Shown: one piece after another, positions 19,285-29,271 of the stretch | How the letters are laid out: every line of letters begins with the position of its first letter | Position numbering within the stretch: the first letter of the stretch is position 1 | NCBI RefSeq assembly: GCF_002087085.1 | Contig: NZ_MWQY01000002.1 | Coordinates: 124,001-188,000, forward strand | Length of the DNA stretch: 64,000 bases | Reading direction: 5' to 3' | Made by a program: the position numbers and the translations under genes | Notes under the pieces: model-generated | Seen by the model: only the letters and a program-made list of their open reading frames with translations | Databases searched by the model: none | Told to the model about the DNA's origin: nothing

Positions 19285-20730
19285 GTGCGCAATGGATGTC
19301 AGTTAATTACCTATCCCGACTCCATGGGGGGCAGTATCGCCTCGCTGAAGCATGGAATCGAGAAGTATTTTTCCCGTGCTATAACGGGGGTCCATATTCT
19401 CCCCTTCTACCCGTCTTCCGGCGACCGGGGCTTTTCTCCCCTGGGATATGACACGGTGGATCCCTCCTTTGGATCCTGGGACGATATCCGGGGCATAAAA
19501 GAGATGGGCCTGGACCTGACTGTCGACTTCATGATCAATCACTTGTCCCGCCGGTCTGCCCAGTTTCAGGACTTTCTGCGCCGGGGTAAGGATTCTCCCT
19601 TCAGGGATTTCTTTATACGCTACAGCAGTTTCTGGCCGGGAGGGGAGCCGACGGATGAAGACCTGGCAAAAATATACACCCGCAAACCCCGTCCCCCCTA
19701 CGTGGAAGAACAGCTTTCCGACGGAACAGCGGAAAAAATCTGGTGTACCTTCGATACAGAACAGATCGATCTGAACCTCGATTCCCCGTCGACACGAAAT
19801 TTCGTGCAGGACTCCATGATGTCACTCTGCCGCCGGGGTGCCGACTGTATCCGCCTGGACGCCTTCGCCTACGGAATCAAGCGCCCGGGGACCAGCTGCT
19901 TCTTTGTCGAACCCGATGTCTGGGACCTGCTGAGCTGGTGCGACAGCATCGCCGCCGAATCCGGAGCTGTGGTGCTTCCGGAGATCCACGAGCACCACGG
20001 CATCCAGCTGAAGCTCGCACAGCACGGCTACCTGGTTTATGACTTTGCACTTCCCATGCTCATTCTCCAGGCCATCTACGACGGCAGCAGCCGTAATCTC
20101 AGGAACTGGCTGTCGATCTGTCCCCGCAGGCAGATCACGACCCTCGATACCCACGACGGTATCGGTGTTGTTGATGTCCGGGACCTTATGACCGACAAAG
20201 AGATTGAAGATACCAGGGACAACCTCTATTCCCGGGGGGCGAATGTAAAACGCATCTACAATACTCCGAAGTACAACAATCTGGATATTTACCAGATCAA
20301 CTGTACCTACTATTCAGCCCTGGGAGACGATGACGAGGCCTATCTTCTGGCCAGGGCGGTTCAGTTCTTCGCACCGGGAATCCCCCAGGTCTACTACGTG
20401 GGGCTCCTTGCGGGCAGAAACGATATAACCCTTCTGGAGAAGACAAAAAACGGAAGGGATATAAACCGCCACAGCTACAGTCTCGAAGAGATCGACTCAG
20501 AACTCGGGCGGCCGGTGGTGAAGAGGCTGCTGCGCCTCATGGAGTTCCGCAGCTCCCACCCTGCTTTTTCGGGTGTATTTACCTTGAAGGAGAGCAGTCC
20601 CTCATCGCTGCATATCGAGTGGCATCATGAAGGCCATTGTGCCTGTCTGAGGGCAGATCTGAATAACCTCTCATTCCGGATCGAAGCCACGGGGAATGCA
20701 GGGACAAATCCTTCAGCTCTGGATTTGTAA
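19285..20730 (+). CDS. gtfA: Sucrose phosphorylase (GH13_18)
   Basis: QLITYPDS, HILPFYP, RLDAFAY, LPEIHEH, TLDTHDGIG, NNLDIYQINCTYY; GTG start at 19285 after GGAGG. Confidence 0.88.
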   Translation: MRNGCQLITYPDSMGGSIASLKHGIEKYFSRAITGVHILPFYPSSGDRGFSPLGYDTVDPSFGSWDDIRGIKEMGLDLTVDFMINHLSRRSAQFQDFLRRGKDSPFRDFFIRYSSFWPGGEPTDEDLAKIYTRKPRPPYVEEQLSDGTAEKIWCTFDTEQIDLNLDSPSTRNFVQDSMMSLCRRGADCIRLDAFAYGIKRPGTSCFFVEPDVWDLLSWCDSIAAESGAVVLPEIHEHHGIQLKLAQHGYLVYDFALPMLILQAIYDGSSRNLRNWLSICPRRQITTLDTHDGIGVVDVRDLMTDKEIEDTRDNLYSRGANVKRIYNTPKYNNLDIYQINCTYYSALGDDDEAYLLARAVQFFAPGIPQVYYVGLLAGRNDITLLEKTKNGRDINRHSYSLEEIDSELGRPVVKRLLRLMEFRSSHPAFSGVFTLKESSPSSLHIEWHHEGHCACLRADLNNLSFRIEATGNAGTNPSALDL

Positions 20731-20781
20731 TATCCCCTTGAGAAGATACGGCTGTCCAGGCGTTCCGCTTTCTACTTCCCT

Positions 20782-22950
20782 TCAGGCAGACTTTGAGGCC
20801 GGATCAAGGGGAAAAACAATACGGAAAACCGCACCCGGCTCACTCCTGTACTCCAGAGATCCGTGAAGCTGCAGGACCAGCTCCCTGACCAGAACCAGAC
20901 CAAGGGAACTTCTCTTTCCTGAAGCTTCATCAGAAGGCAGACCGACACCATTGTCCCCGATGGTCAGGGCTATGGAGTTGTCGGGATTTTCCTTCATCTC
21001 TATCCATATGTTCCTCTCCTTCCGACCGCGAAAGGCATGCTTCATGGAGTTGGTAAGAAGTTCGTTGATAATAAGACCGCAGGGAACAGCGGTTTCAATA
21101 CTGAGAGCGACAGAAGCAATATCGGCGACGAAATGAATACCCGCCGTATCCTGATCGAAGGATTGAAGAAGATACTGTGACAGGGACTCGACATAACGGG
21201 AGAAATCTATCCGGGAAAAATCATCACTCATGTACAGCTGCTCATGGATCAGTCCCATGGACTGGATTCTCTGCTGCCCGGCCTGAAATACATCCTTCAT
21301 GATCCGGTCATCTATACTGTCCTCCTGGAGGCTCAGCATGCTGGAAATAATCTGCATATTGTTCTTGACCCTGTGATGGATCTCCCTGAGAAGCACCTCT
21401 TTTTCCCGCAGAGAGGATACTATCTGTTCCCGGGCCATTTTTTGTTCTGAAATATCACTGACAAGATTCATGATTCCGTATACGTCTCCTGAAGAGTCCA
21501 CCAGAGGAGCGACGGAAACATTTACCCAGATACGCGTTCCGTCCTTACGGAGGCTCTGAAATTCCCTGTTAATGACCTTGTCCTTACCCTCTACAATCTC
21601 CCGGAAAAAGATTTTATACGACCCGAGTTCCCCGGGGGGAATAACAGGCAGCTCCTTACCGAGGACCTCGCCGCTTTTCCATCCGTAGATGGATTCAGCC
21701 GCCTTGCTCCAGAGTTCAATAATCCCCTCTCTGTTCTGCAGAACAACAGCAATTGGAGAGTGATCGATAAGGACCTGCATTCTCGTATTTGCTTCACGCA
21801 GACTGACCTCGTTTCTCCGTATCTCCTGGATGCGGTTCTCAAGACGCCGGAGAACCAGATTCAACTGCTCCGTCATACTGTTGAAAGCCGCGGCAAGCAG
21901 GGAAACCTCCCGGGGGCCATGGAGATCGGCACGAAGATCTTCTTCACCCCCGGATATCCTCGTTACCATGCCGGTCAGGTGATCGAGAGGTACAGTTATC
22001 CGCCGGGACAGGAGAATACCGATGAGTACTGCAGTAAGGGCGGCAAGAATGATTATTCCCGCAGAAAAGAGAACCTGTCGGAGAATAGGAGAGAAGGAGC
22101 GGTCCCAGGGGATCTCCGTTACCACCGCCCAGTCAGTGGCTGTAACCGGATAATATTTTCCCACCACGGGTACACCGTTTATTCCGATATAGCGTTCATC
22201 CGTCCCCGTCTGATCTTCTCCGTAACGCAGAAAATCCGCGACAATCGGCAGTCCCGACACATTCTCCGCGGCCAGTGCTCGCGTAAGATCAGGATGGGCC
22301 AGGAGCCGGCCTTTGGAATCGACGATATAGGCGTAGCCCCCGTTTTCAATTAGAACCTGCCCGATAAATTCCCACATGAATCTGAGACTGAGTTCCGCTA
22401 CCAGAACGCCCTGAAAATCACCGAACACATCAAATACCGGAACGGCTGCAGCCACATGGGGTTCGTTGGTACTCCGGTCAATATGGACCTCCCCTACCAG
22501 GGACTCCCGGAGGTTCATCAGATTCTTCCCCTGGGCCTGCAGATACTCCGTCAGATGCTGTGAACCTGTACTGTCAAGGAGAGAAAATCTACCCTCCAGG
22601 TTTCCCTCCCGGTCAAGAAATGCCGCCTGCTGAAGGGCCTCCACATGGCCCAGCAGGCGAGAGAGCATTTCCACCTGATCCTGTACCGACAGGGAAGCAA
22701 TGTCAGCTATCCATGCTGTATTTTTCAGGATCTGCAAACGGGTGCTGATAAAACCATCAAATCTCAAGGCTGTTTTTTCCGCGATTATCTGAATATTCGC
22801 GGATACATATTTCAACTGGCGCCGATAGCTTGCTACCGTCAGTATGGTTCCCGGAACAACAAGGAAAAAAAGCATCAGATACAGAAAAGACCTGGAAAGG
22901 ATTCCCGAGACTGATTGATTGCTCCCTTTGCCCATTGATAATCCCGTCAT
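20782..22950 (-). CDS. Cache-HAMP-PAS sensor histidine kinase (HisKA_2 type)
   Basis: TM-dCache (GYAYIVDSKGRLLAHPD)-TM-HAMP-PAS; EIHHRVKNNMQ, NELLTNSMKHAF, DNGVG. Confidence 0.9.
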   Translation of the reverse strand: MTGLSMGKGSNQSVSGILSRSFLYLMLFFLVVPGTILTVASYRRQLKYVSANIQIIAEKTALRFDGFISTRLQILKNTAWIADIASLSVQDQVEMLSRLLGHVEALQQAAFLDREGNLEGRFSLLDSTGSQHLTEYLQAQGKNLMNLRESLVGEVHIDRSTNEPHVAAAVPVFDVFGDFQGVLVAELSLRFMWEFIGQVLIENGGYAYIVDSKGRLLAHPDLTRALAAENVSGLPIVADFLRYGEDQTGTDERYIGINGVPVVGKYYPVTATDWAVVTEIPWDRSFSPILRQVLFSAGIIILAALTAVLIGILLSRRITVPLDHLTGMVTRISGGEEDLRADLHGPREVSLLAAAFNSMTEQLNLVLRRLENRIQEIRRNEVSLREANTRMQVLIDHSPIAVVLQNREGIIELWSKAAESIYGWKSGEVLGKELPVIPPGELGSYKIFFREIVEGKDKVINREFQSLRKDGTRIWVNVSVAPLVDSSGDVYGIMNLVSDISEQKMAREQIVSSLREKEVLLREIHHRVKNNMQIISSMLSLQEDSIDDRIMKDVFQAGQQRIQSMGLIHEQLYMSDDFSRIDFSRYVESLSQYLLQSFDQDTAGIHFVADIASVALSIETAVPCGLIINELLTNSMKHAFRGRKERNIWIEMKENPDNSIALTIGDNGVGLPSDEASGKRSSLGLVLVRELVLQLHGSLEYRSEPGAVFRIVFPLDPASKSA

Positions 22951-23951
22951 CGCAGTATCTGGTCGGCAATATTCAAAAGCACCTGGGGAAGGACCAGGCC
23001 CAGCTCCTGTGCGCGGCGGTAATTAACCAGCAGGGTCATATCCGCCGTGGCCACCGGTATCGTACCGGTATCGGTACCTTTCAGTATTTTATCTGCAATG
23101 AGGGCTGCCATTGCACCTGTTTTTTGGAAATCCACGGCGTATGCCAGGACAGCTCCGGATTTCGCCTGGACTGCAGATCCGCCGCTTATGGGTATACTGT
23201 GCCGGGCGGCAAACTGGCTCAGCACTTGCCATCCCTGGACCGACTGCGTAATGGAATCAGCTGTAATCAGGATTCCGTCGATGTCGACTTCGCCCTTGTC
23301 CCTGTCCTCCAGGTCTGCCGCAAGTTCCTCGACACTGCCTGTCCGTGCCTGGACAAGCTCGATCCCCTCCCGCAGGGCGGCCTTTTCCAGTTCGGGAATA
23401 ACGGATTTGTTTGCTTCATAATCAGGGTCATAGGCGGTATAGATTCTTTCGGCATTCGGGACCAGCTGTAGAAGGTATTCGAAGCGCTTAACAACCACCT
23501 GGGCACTGGGAGCGCGTATCCCCGTGGTATTGCCCCCGGGACAATGAACTGTATCGACAAGGCCGGTACCTTCGATATTCCCGAGGCCGAATACCAGGGG
23601 GACAGATCCGTCCAAAGTACTTTTTGCGGCTACGGCGGATCCCGTGGGAAAGGCAAGCACAAGATCGGCTTTTTCGGCTGCAATCCGTTTCAGGATCTCC
23701 CGTTCCTGTTCAGATCCGCTTATGCCTTCATGCAGGAAGATGCCGATATTCTTTCCGTCCTCGTAACCCAGCTCCATCATCTTTTCCGTGAAACCCTCGG
23801 CTATACCCAGGAAAGACTTCGTGCCGCAGATAATATGAACCTGCGGAATCCGCTCCGGTTCTCTTCCTGTGCATCCTGAAAAAACGAGAACCAGCAGAAA
23901 AAGAGTTATGTGACGAGAAAAGCGTCCTTGCTTTTTCATTACCCTTTCCAT
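22947..23951 (-). CDS. ABC-type substrate-binding lipoprotein (ABC_sub_bind family)
   Basis: Lipobox FSGC; PGGNTTG; KILKG..IPV..LLVNYRRAQELGLVLP. Confidence 0.88.
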   Translation of the reverse strand: MERVMKKQGRFSRHITLFLLVLVFSGCTGREPERIPQVHIICGTKSFLGIAEGFTEKMMELGYEDGKNIGIFLHEGISGSEQEREILKRIAAEKADLVLAFPTGSAVAAKSTLDGSVPLVFGLGNIEGTGLVDTVHCPGGNTTGIRAPSAQVVVKRFEYLLQLVPNAERIYTAYDPDYEANKSVIPELEKAALREGIELVQARTGSVEELAADLEDRDKGEVDIDGILITADSITQSVQGWQVLSQFAARHSIPISGGSAVQAKSGAVLAYAVDFQKTGAMAALIADKILKGTDTGTIPVATADMTLLVNYRRAQELGLVLPQVLLNIADQILR

Positions 23952-24002
23952 CGCAGCGTCGAATATGTTTCTACTGAGAACAGGTATTATTTCTCTTTAT
24001 AA

Positions 24003-24031
24003 AGTATAGGAGAAGAGATCAGGATTGTCGA
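24003..24031 (-). promoter_or_regulatory. sigma70-type promoter for the SBP-histidine kinase operon
   Basis: Minus strand TCGACA-17 nt-TATACT about 50 nt upstream of the SBP start. Confidence 0.6.
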
Positions 24032-24152
24032 ATCGGAAAGAGCTTAAGTTACAGAAACAGCCCCTCCCCGGGGATTAAGCATCTAACGCTCAAGCGTGTA
24101 CTCAATCCGGGGGAGCAGACTATTGAATATAACTCCCGGGCAGAGGGTTTCT

Positions 24153-25868
24153 TCAGGATTTCTTACCCTTCAGAAACCGGGAAATCTTTTTAAACAGAGA
24201 GACTTTGGCGTGTTTTTTCTCCGCCTGGGCCAGTTCGGGGCTTATGGTAAAATTCTCCCCATACTTCTGGCGATAGTATTCCACCCTGTCTTCCAGTGAC
24301 TGATCACCTTTCCTGGCAAGCTCGGGTTTGATTTTTCTTCCAGGTTTTCGGGGGGGCTGATTTTTTGGCTCCCGCCGCTTCTGCTGTACCGCTTCCTTTT
24401 CCGGTCTCTTTCCCCGTCTGGTCCCGCCGGCCGGCTGGGTTCTCTGGGAATCCCGGGGAACTTCCTTTTTGCGGTTCCGCTGTTTTTCAGGTTTGTCCCG
24501 GCGCGGATCGTTCCGTTTACCGACCCCGGTCTGTCTGCCGGTTACGGATTCAATATTTTCAGATATCTCCCGGCTCCGATCCCGGTCCCTGTCGCGGCCA
24601 CGGGAATCCCTCCTTCCGGTCCGCCGTTCCGGACGTTTGTCACCCCGCTTTCGATCTCCCCGCCGGTCATTGCGACGGTCTCCCCGATCTCGCTTCAGGT
24701 AATGATCGTGCATGACGTTCATCCCTGCACTCTGGTCCTCCGCCAGCATAGAGGGGTCAAGCTCCGCCACGGGGATCTTCATACCGATAAAGCTTTCAAT
24801 GGCCGGCAGCCCGTAGACAAAGCGTTCGCAGGCCAGGGTAATGGCCTTTCCTTCCCTGCCGGCCCGGGCCGTCCTGCCTATACGGTGTACGTAGCTTTCA
24901 GGATCCTCGGGAACATCATAGTTGATCACCATGTCCAGGTCGTTTATGTGCAGACCCCGGGCGGCCACATCGGTGGCAACCAGGAAACGCAGGTCGCCCT
25001 TCTTGATGCGGTTGATGGTGGAAAGCCGCTTTTTCTGGGGCATATCTCCCATGATGTACTCACAGGGAAACCCGTTCAGAGAGAGACGCTTGGCCACCTC
25101 CACGGCGGCGAATTTGGTATTGGTAAAGATGATTGCGTTGGCGGGCTGCATGGTTTTAAAGATACCGATGACCATACGTATCTTTTCGTCCCGGGACAGA
25201 TGATAGATACTCTGGTCGATCTCCTCCACCGTGATGGACTCCGGTTCGATCTCGATATGCATCGGATCCCGCATGTATTCCCAGGCCAGGTTCTGTACCC
25301 GTACGCTCATGGTGGCGGAAAAGAGCATGGTCCTGCGTTCATCCAGGGGGGGCAGCATTTTTACAATACGCCTCAGGTCCGGCAGAAAACCCATATCAAA
25401 GAGCCGGTCCGCCTCGTCGATTACAACCGCTCCAAAGCCCTTGAAATCCATCTTTTTCTGCTTTCCAAAATCAATCAATCGCCCCGGTGTCCCGACAACG
25501 ATATCCACACCTTCCCGGAGCATCCGCTCCTGGTCCCCGTAGCCTACACCGCCGTAGAAACTGCCTACCTTGAAATCAAGATGGCTTCCCAGCAGTTTAG
25601 CTTCTTCCTCTATCTGCACCACCAGTTCCCGGGTGGGAGCGATAATCAGGGCCTTCTTTTTCTCCACCGAGTCGGTCAAAAACAGATGGTAGATGGAGAG
25701 CAGAAAGGCCGCGGTTTTTCCCGTCCCCGTCTGGGACTGGGCCGTCACATCCTTGCCGGCAAAAATCGCCTGAAAACACTGTTCCTGTACAGGCATGCAC
25801 TCTTCAAAGCCGGCTTCTTGAATACCCTTCTGGATATCCGGATGAAAATCAAAGTCTGTAAATCTCAT
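24153..25868 (-). CDS. DEAD-box RNA helicase (RhlB-like) with long basic C-terminal tail
   Basis: Q motif, QTGTGKT, PTREL, DEAD, SAT, ATDVAARGLHI, YVHRIGRTARAG. Confidence 0.95.
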   Translation of the reverse strand: MRFTDFDFHPDIQKGIQEAGFEECMPVQEQCFQAIFAGKDVTAQSQTGTGKTAAFLLSIYHLFLTDSVEKKKALIIAPTRELVVQIEEEAKLLGSHLDFKVGSFYGGVGYGDQERMLREGVDIVVGTPGRLIDFGKQKKMDFKGFGAVVIDEADRLFDMGFLPDLRRIVKMLPPLDERRTMLFSATMSVRVQNLAWEYMRDPMHIEIEPESITVEEIDQSIYHLSRDEKIRMVIGIFKTMQPANAIIFTNTKFAAVEVAKRLSLNGFPCEYIMGDMPQKKRLSTINRIKKGDLRFLVATDVAARGLHINDLDMVINYDVPEDPESYVHRIGRTARAGREGKAITLACERFVYGLPAIESFIGMKIPVAELDPSMLAEDQSAGMNVMHDHYLKRDRGDRRNDRRGDRKRGDKRPERRTGRRDSRGRDRDRDRSREISENIESVTGRQTGVGKRNDPRRDKPEKQRNRKKEVPRDSQRTQPAGGTRRGKRPEKEAVQQKRREPKNQPPRKPGRKIKPELARKGDQSLEDRVEYYRQKYGENFTISPELAQAEKKHAKVSLFKKISRFLKGKKS

Positions 25869-25910
25869 ACTGACCTCACTATAGCATTTTTACCGGCGAT
25901 ACAACAAGAT

Positions 25911-27128
25911 TCAGCCCCTCTCCCCCGGGAAGGGACGAAATGTCCGGGCCAGACCTCCCCCGGAGGTCTCCCGGTAGTCCCGTCCCAGGTCCCTGCCGGT
26001 ACGATACATGGTCTCCACAACCTGATCAAAACTGACCGAATGGCTGCCGTCGGACTGCAGGGCGTATACGGCTGATTCCACCGCCCGGGCAGCGGCCATG
26101 GCATTGCGTTCGATACAGGGAATCTGCACGAGGCCCTGGACGGGATCGCAGGTAAGTCCCAGGTGATGTTCAAGACCCATCTCCGCGGCATATTCAACCT
26201 GATTGCGGGTCCCGCCGATAAGGTGGGCTGCGGCGGCCGCCGCCATGGCGCAGGCGGTTCCCACCTCTCCCTGACAGCCGACCTCCGCTCCGGAGATGGA
26301 GGCGTTATGCCTCACCAGAATACCGATAAGTCCGGCGACGGCCAGGGCCCGATAGATACGCTCATTGGGCAGCTTGTGGGATTCGGCATAGAATGCCAGG
26401 ACCGCCGGAACCACCCCGGAGGCACCGCAGGTAGGGGCGGTCACGACGATCCCTCCCGCAGCGTTCTCCTCTGAGACCGCCAGGGCATTTGCAAACAGCC
26501 TGCCCAGGTCCCTGGTTATCCCCCTGGCATCCCGCACCCTTGCCATGTACTGGGAGGCCTTCCTGGGCAGTTTCAGGCCCCCCGGAAGGCGACCCTCCGC
26601 CAGAAGCCCCCGTTGGATGCTCTTTTTCATTACCTCCCAGACCTGCCTCAGGTGTTCCTCGAGTCCCGGTTCCCGAAGGTAGGCGTAGTTCCAGAGGGGG
26701 ATCTCCTCACGGGCGCAGTACGTGAGAACCGCCGCCAGACTCTCATGTTCATAGGGACGCGGCGCTTCAGGCAGGCCTGGATACAGGATACTTCCCCCTC
26801 CCACGCTGTAGACTTCCCGGCTCCCCAGAAGCTTCTTCCCGGCATCCCGGGCGCTCAGGCGCATTCCGTTGGGATGTTCAGGAAGCTCCTTATCCGGATA
26901 CCACTGAATCGTGCAGCGTTCCCGACCCAGGACATCCGTGATTGCCTGGTCGGTCAGATGCCCCCTCCCGGTGGCGGCAAGGCTCCCGAAAAGTTCAACG
27001 TCAAAGCTTTCCCCGCCGGGGAACTCCTCAAGGAAGCGTTCAGCCGCAGCCGCCGGTCCCAGGGTGTGACTTGAGGAGGGACCACGCCCTGGTTTATAGA
27101 GATCGATGATGCCCTTCATGAATGCCAT
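25911..27128 (-). CDS. sdaA: L-serine ammonia-lyase, Fe-S dependent, single chain
   Basis: GPSSSHT, GSLAATGRGH, APTCGASG, SGAEVGCQGEVG, GLTCDPV, QIPCIERN. Confidence 0.93.
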   Translation of the reverse strand: MAFMKGIIDLYKPGRGPSSSHTLGPAAAAERFLEEFPGGESFDVELFGSLAATGRGHLTDQAITDVLGRERCTIQWYPDKELPEHPNGMRLSARDAGKKLLGSREVYSVGGGSILYPGLPEAPRPYEHESLAAVLTYCAREEIPLWNYAYLREPGLEEHLRQVWEVMKKSIQRGLLAEGRLPGGLKLPRKASQYMARVRDARGITRDLGRLFANALAVSEENAAGGIVVTAPTCGASGVVPAVLAFYAESHKLPNERIYRALAVAGLIGILVRHNASISGAEVGCQGEVGTACAMAAAAAAHLIGGTRNQVEYAAEMGLEHHLGLTCDPVQGLVQIPCIERNAMAAARAVESAVYALQSDGSHSVSFDQVVETMYRTGRDLGRDYRETSGGGLARTFRPFPGERG

Positions 27129-27242
27129 ACAGTCCTCGCGTAATACTTACAAATACATAATATTTTATCATAAATAATTAGATTATCATCAATATTCTAT
27201 TTTTGAATTGACATTTAGCGCAATCATACTCAAAATGAGGAT

Positions 27243-27737
27243 ATGCACCTCGATGAACTCAACCGCGCGATTCTCTACCGGCTTCAGGACGGCCGCAGGT
27301 CCTTTCGCCGCATAGCCGAAGAGCTCGCGGTTACCGAGAATACGGTGCGTGCAAGGGTCAACCGTATGGTCGAATCGGGAGTCCTGGAAATCCGGGCCCT
27401 GGTGGAGCCGGAGGCGGTTCCCGGAGGCCAACTGGCGGTGGTCGGCATTAAACTCGCCACCATGGACCTGGTAAACAAGGGAGAAGAGATCAGCCGTCTC
27501 AAGGGGGTTGTCTCCGTAAAGGTCGTAACAGGACGTTTTGACCTGATTATCGAAGTCCTGCTTACCGAAGGATTCGGCCTTCTGGAGTTTTATACCCAGG
27601 AGGTATCCCGGGTCCAGGAGATCGATTCCGTCGAGACCTTTATCGTCTACAAAAGCTACAACAGCAAGGTTCCCCTTAATCACAAACCGGAAAAACTTCC
27701 CGGACCGGCAGTACTGTCCGGTAAAGAGAGGAATTAA
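27243..27737 (+). CDS. Lrp/AsnC family transcriptional regulator
   Basis: LDELNRAILYRLQDGRRSFRRIAEELAVTENTVRARV; VTGRFDL. Confidence 0.9.
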   Translation: MHLDELNRAILYRLQDGRRSFRRIAEELAVTENTVRARVNRMVESGVLEIRALVEPEAVPGGQLAVVGIKLATMDLVNKGEEISRLKGVVSVKVVTGRFDLIIEVLLTEGFGLLEFYTQEVSRVQEIDSVETFIVYKSYNSKVPLNHKPEKLPGPAVLSGKERN

Positions 27738-27738
27738 T

Positions 27739-28872
27739 ATGGCGCAGTTAAAAAGGACAGCCCTTTTCCCGGCCTATGGGGAAACCGAAGGGGTCAGGCT
27801 TATCGATTTCGGCGGATGGGAGCTTCCGGTTCAGTTTGCAGCGGGAATCCTCGCTGAACACAAAGCAGTACGGAGCAACGCCGGGCTCTTCGACGTCTCC
27901 CACATGGGAGAGATTTTCCTGGAAGGAGACGGAGCGGAGGATTACCTGGATCGCCTCGTCACCGGCAGCGTCAGCGCCATGAAGAACGGAACCTGTCTCT
28001 ACACCATACTCTGCAACACGAGAGGCGGAGCCGTGGACGACCTGCTTGTTTACCGCCTTGGAGAGAAACGCTTCATGCTGGTGGTAAACGCCGCCAATAC
28101 GGAAAAGGACTTTATCTGGATTACAACGGAAAACCCCGCGGCTTCGAAGAAAAGCTCCCACCTCCGTATAGAAAATCAAAGCGCCCAATGGGTGCAGATC
28201 GCCCTTCAGGGTCCCAGGGCCCGGGAGTACCTGCAGGAGCTTGTGGATGTTAACCTGGAGGACCTGGCCTTTTACAGTTTCTTCGATGAAGTCTCCCTCG
28301 CCGGAGTCCCCACACTGATATCCCGGACAGGTTACACCGGGGAGGACGGCTTCGAGATCTACTGCGAGGCTTCGGAAGGGCCCGGCATATGGCGGACCCT
28401 GCTGAACCACGGGGCTGACAGGGGGCTCATTCCCTGTGGACTGGGTGCCAGGGACACCCTGCGTCTGGAGGCTCGGCTCCCCCTCTATGGACATGAACTG
28501 ACCGAAGACGCCGGCCCCCTGGAGGCGGGACTCAGGGTATTCGTGGATTTTGAAAAGGGTGATTTTATCGGCCGGGCGGCCCTGAAAGAGATGCTCAGGA
28601 AGGAGAACTATCGCGTATTGAGGGGAGTCCGGATGATCGACCGGGGCGTTCCCCGTCAGGGATACCGGGTATACAAGGAGGACCACCCTGTCGGCGAGGT
28701 AACAAGCGGCGGAAAATCCCCGAGTCTGGACGAGTTTATCGCCCTGGTGCGGGTTCCGAAAGGGAGTCTCAAGACCGGAGAGCAGGTCCGGATCGAAATC
28801 AACGGAAAGCGCAAAACCGGGGAGGTAATTTCCACCCCGTTTTATAAAAAGGCCTATGGAGGGAAGCAATGA
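27739..28872 (+). CDS. gcvT: Glycine cleavage system aminomethyltransferase T
   Basis: FGGWELPVQF, FDVSHMG, SRTGYTGEDGFE, GLGARDTLRLEA. Confidence 0.96.
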   Translation: MAQLKRTALFPAYGETEGVRLIDFGGWELPVQFAAGILAEHKAVRSNAGLFDVSHMGEIFLEGDGAEDYLDRLVTGSVSAMKNGTCLYTILCNTRGGAVDDLLVYRLGEKRFMLVVNAANTEKDFIWITTENPAASKKSSHLRIENQSAQWVQIALQGPRAREYLQELVDVNLEDLAFYSFFDEVSLAGVPTLISRTGYTGEDGFEIYCEASEGPGIWRTLLNHGADRGLIPCGLGARDTLRLEARLPLYGHELTEDAGPLEAGLRVFVDFEKGDFIGRAALKEMLRKENYRVLRGVRMIDRGVPRQGYRVYKEDHPVGEVTSGGKSPSLDEFIALVRVPKGSLKTGEQVRIEINGKRKTGEVISTPFYKKAYGGKQ

Positions 28873-29261
28873 GTTCGGAAATCAAAAAAGAGCTGAAATA
28901 CGCGGAAAGCCACGAGTGGGTCCGCGTGGAAGGTACAATTGCCTACGTGGGCATCTCCGATTATGCCCAGGAGAGCCTCGGGGAGATTGTTTTTGTGGAG
29001 ATACCGGAAGTCGACGATGGGGTCAAAAAAGGAGACGAGGTAACCACCATCGAATCGGTAAAAGCCGCCTCCTCAATATATGCCCCCGTATCCGGAACCA
29101 TCAGCGAGGTCAACGAGTCCCTGGAGGATGAACCGGAACAGGTAAACCAGGACCCCTACGGGACCTTTCTTTTTGCCATCGACATGAAAGACCCCGGGGA
29201 ACTCGATTCCCTGATGGATGCAGCGGGTTACGAAAAGTTCCTGGCAGAGCACGAGGATTAG
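28869..29261 (+). CDS. gcvH: Glycine cleavage system H protein
   Basis: SHEWV, GISDYAQ, lipoyl-lysine IESVKAAS, VNQDPYG. Confidence 0.96.
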   Translation: MSSEIKKELKYAESHEWVRVEGTIAYVGISDYAQESLGEIVFVEIPEVDDGVKKGDEVTTIESVKAASSIYAPVSGTISEVNESLEDEPEQVNQDPYGTFLFAIDMKDPGELDSLMDAAGYEKFLAEHED

Positions 29262-29271
29262 GGAAAAGACC

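Noticed and set aside
27129..27738. Glycine riboswitch upstream of gcvT
   Set aside because: Only 1 nt separates lrp and gcvT, and the upstream intergenic region is AT-rich with no aptamer-like motifs
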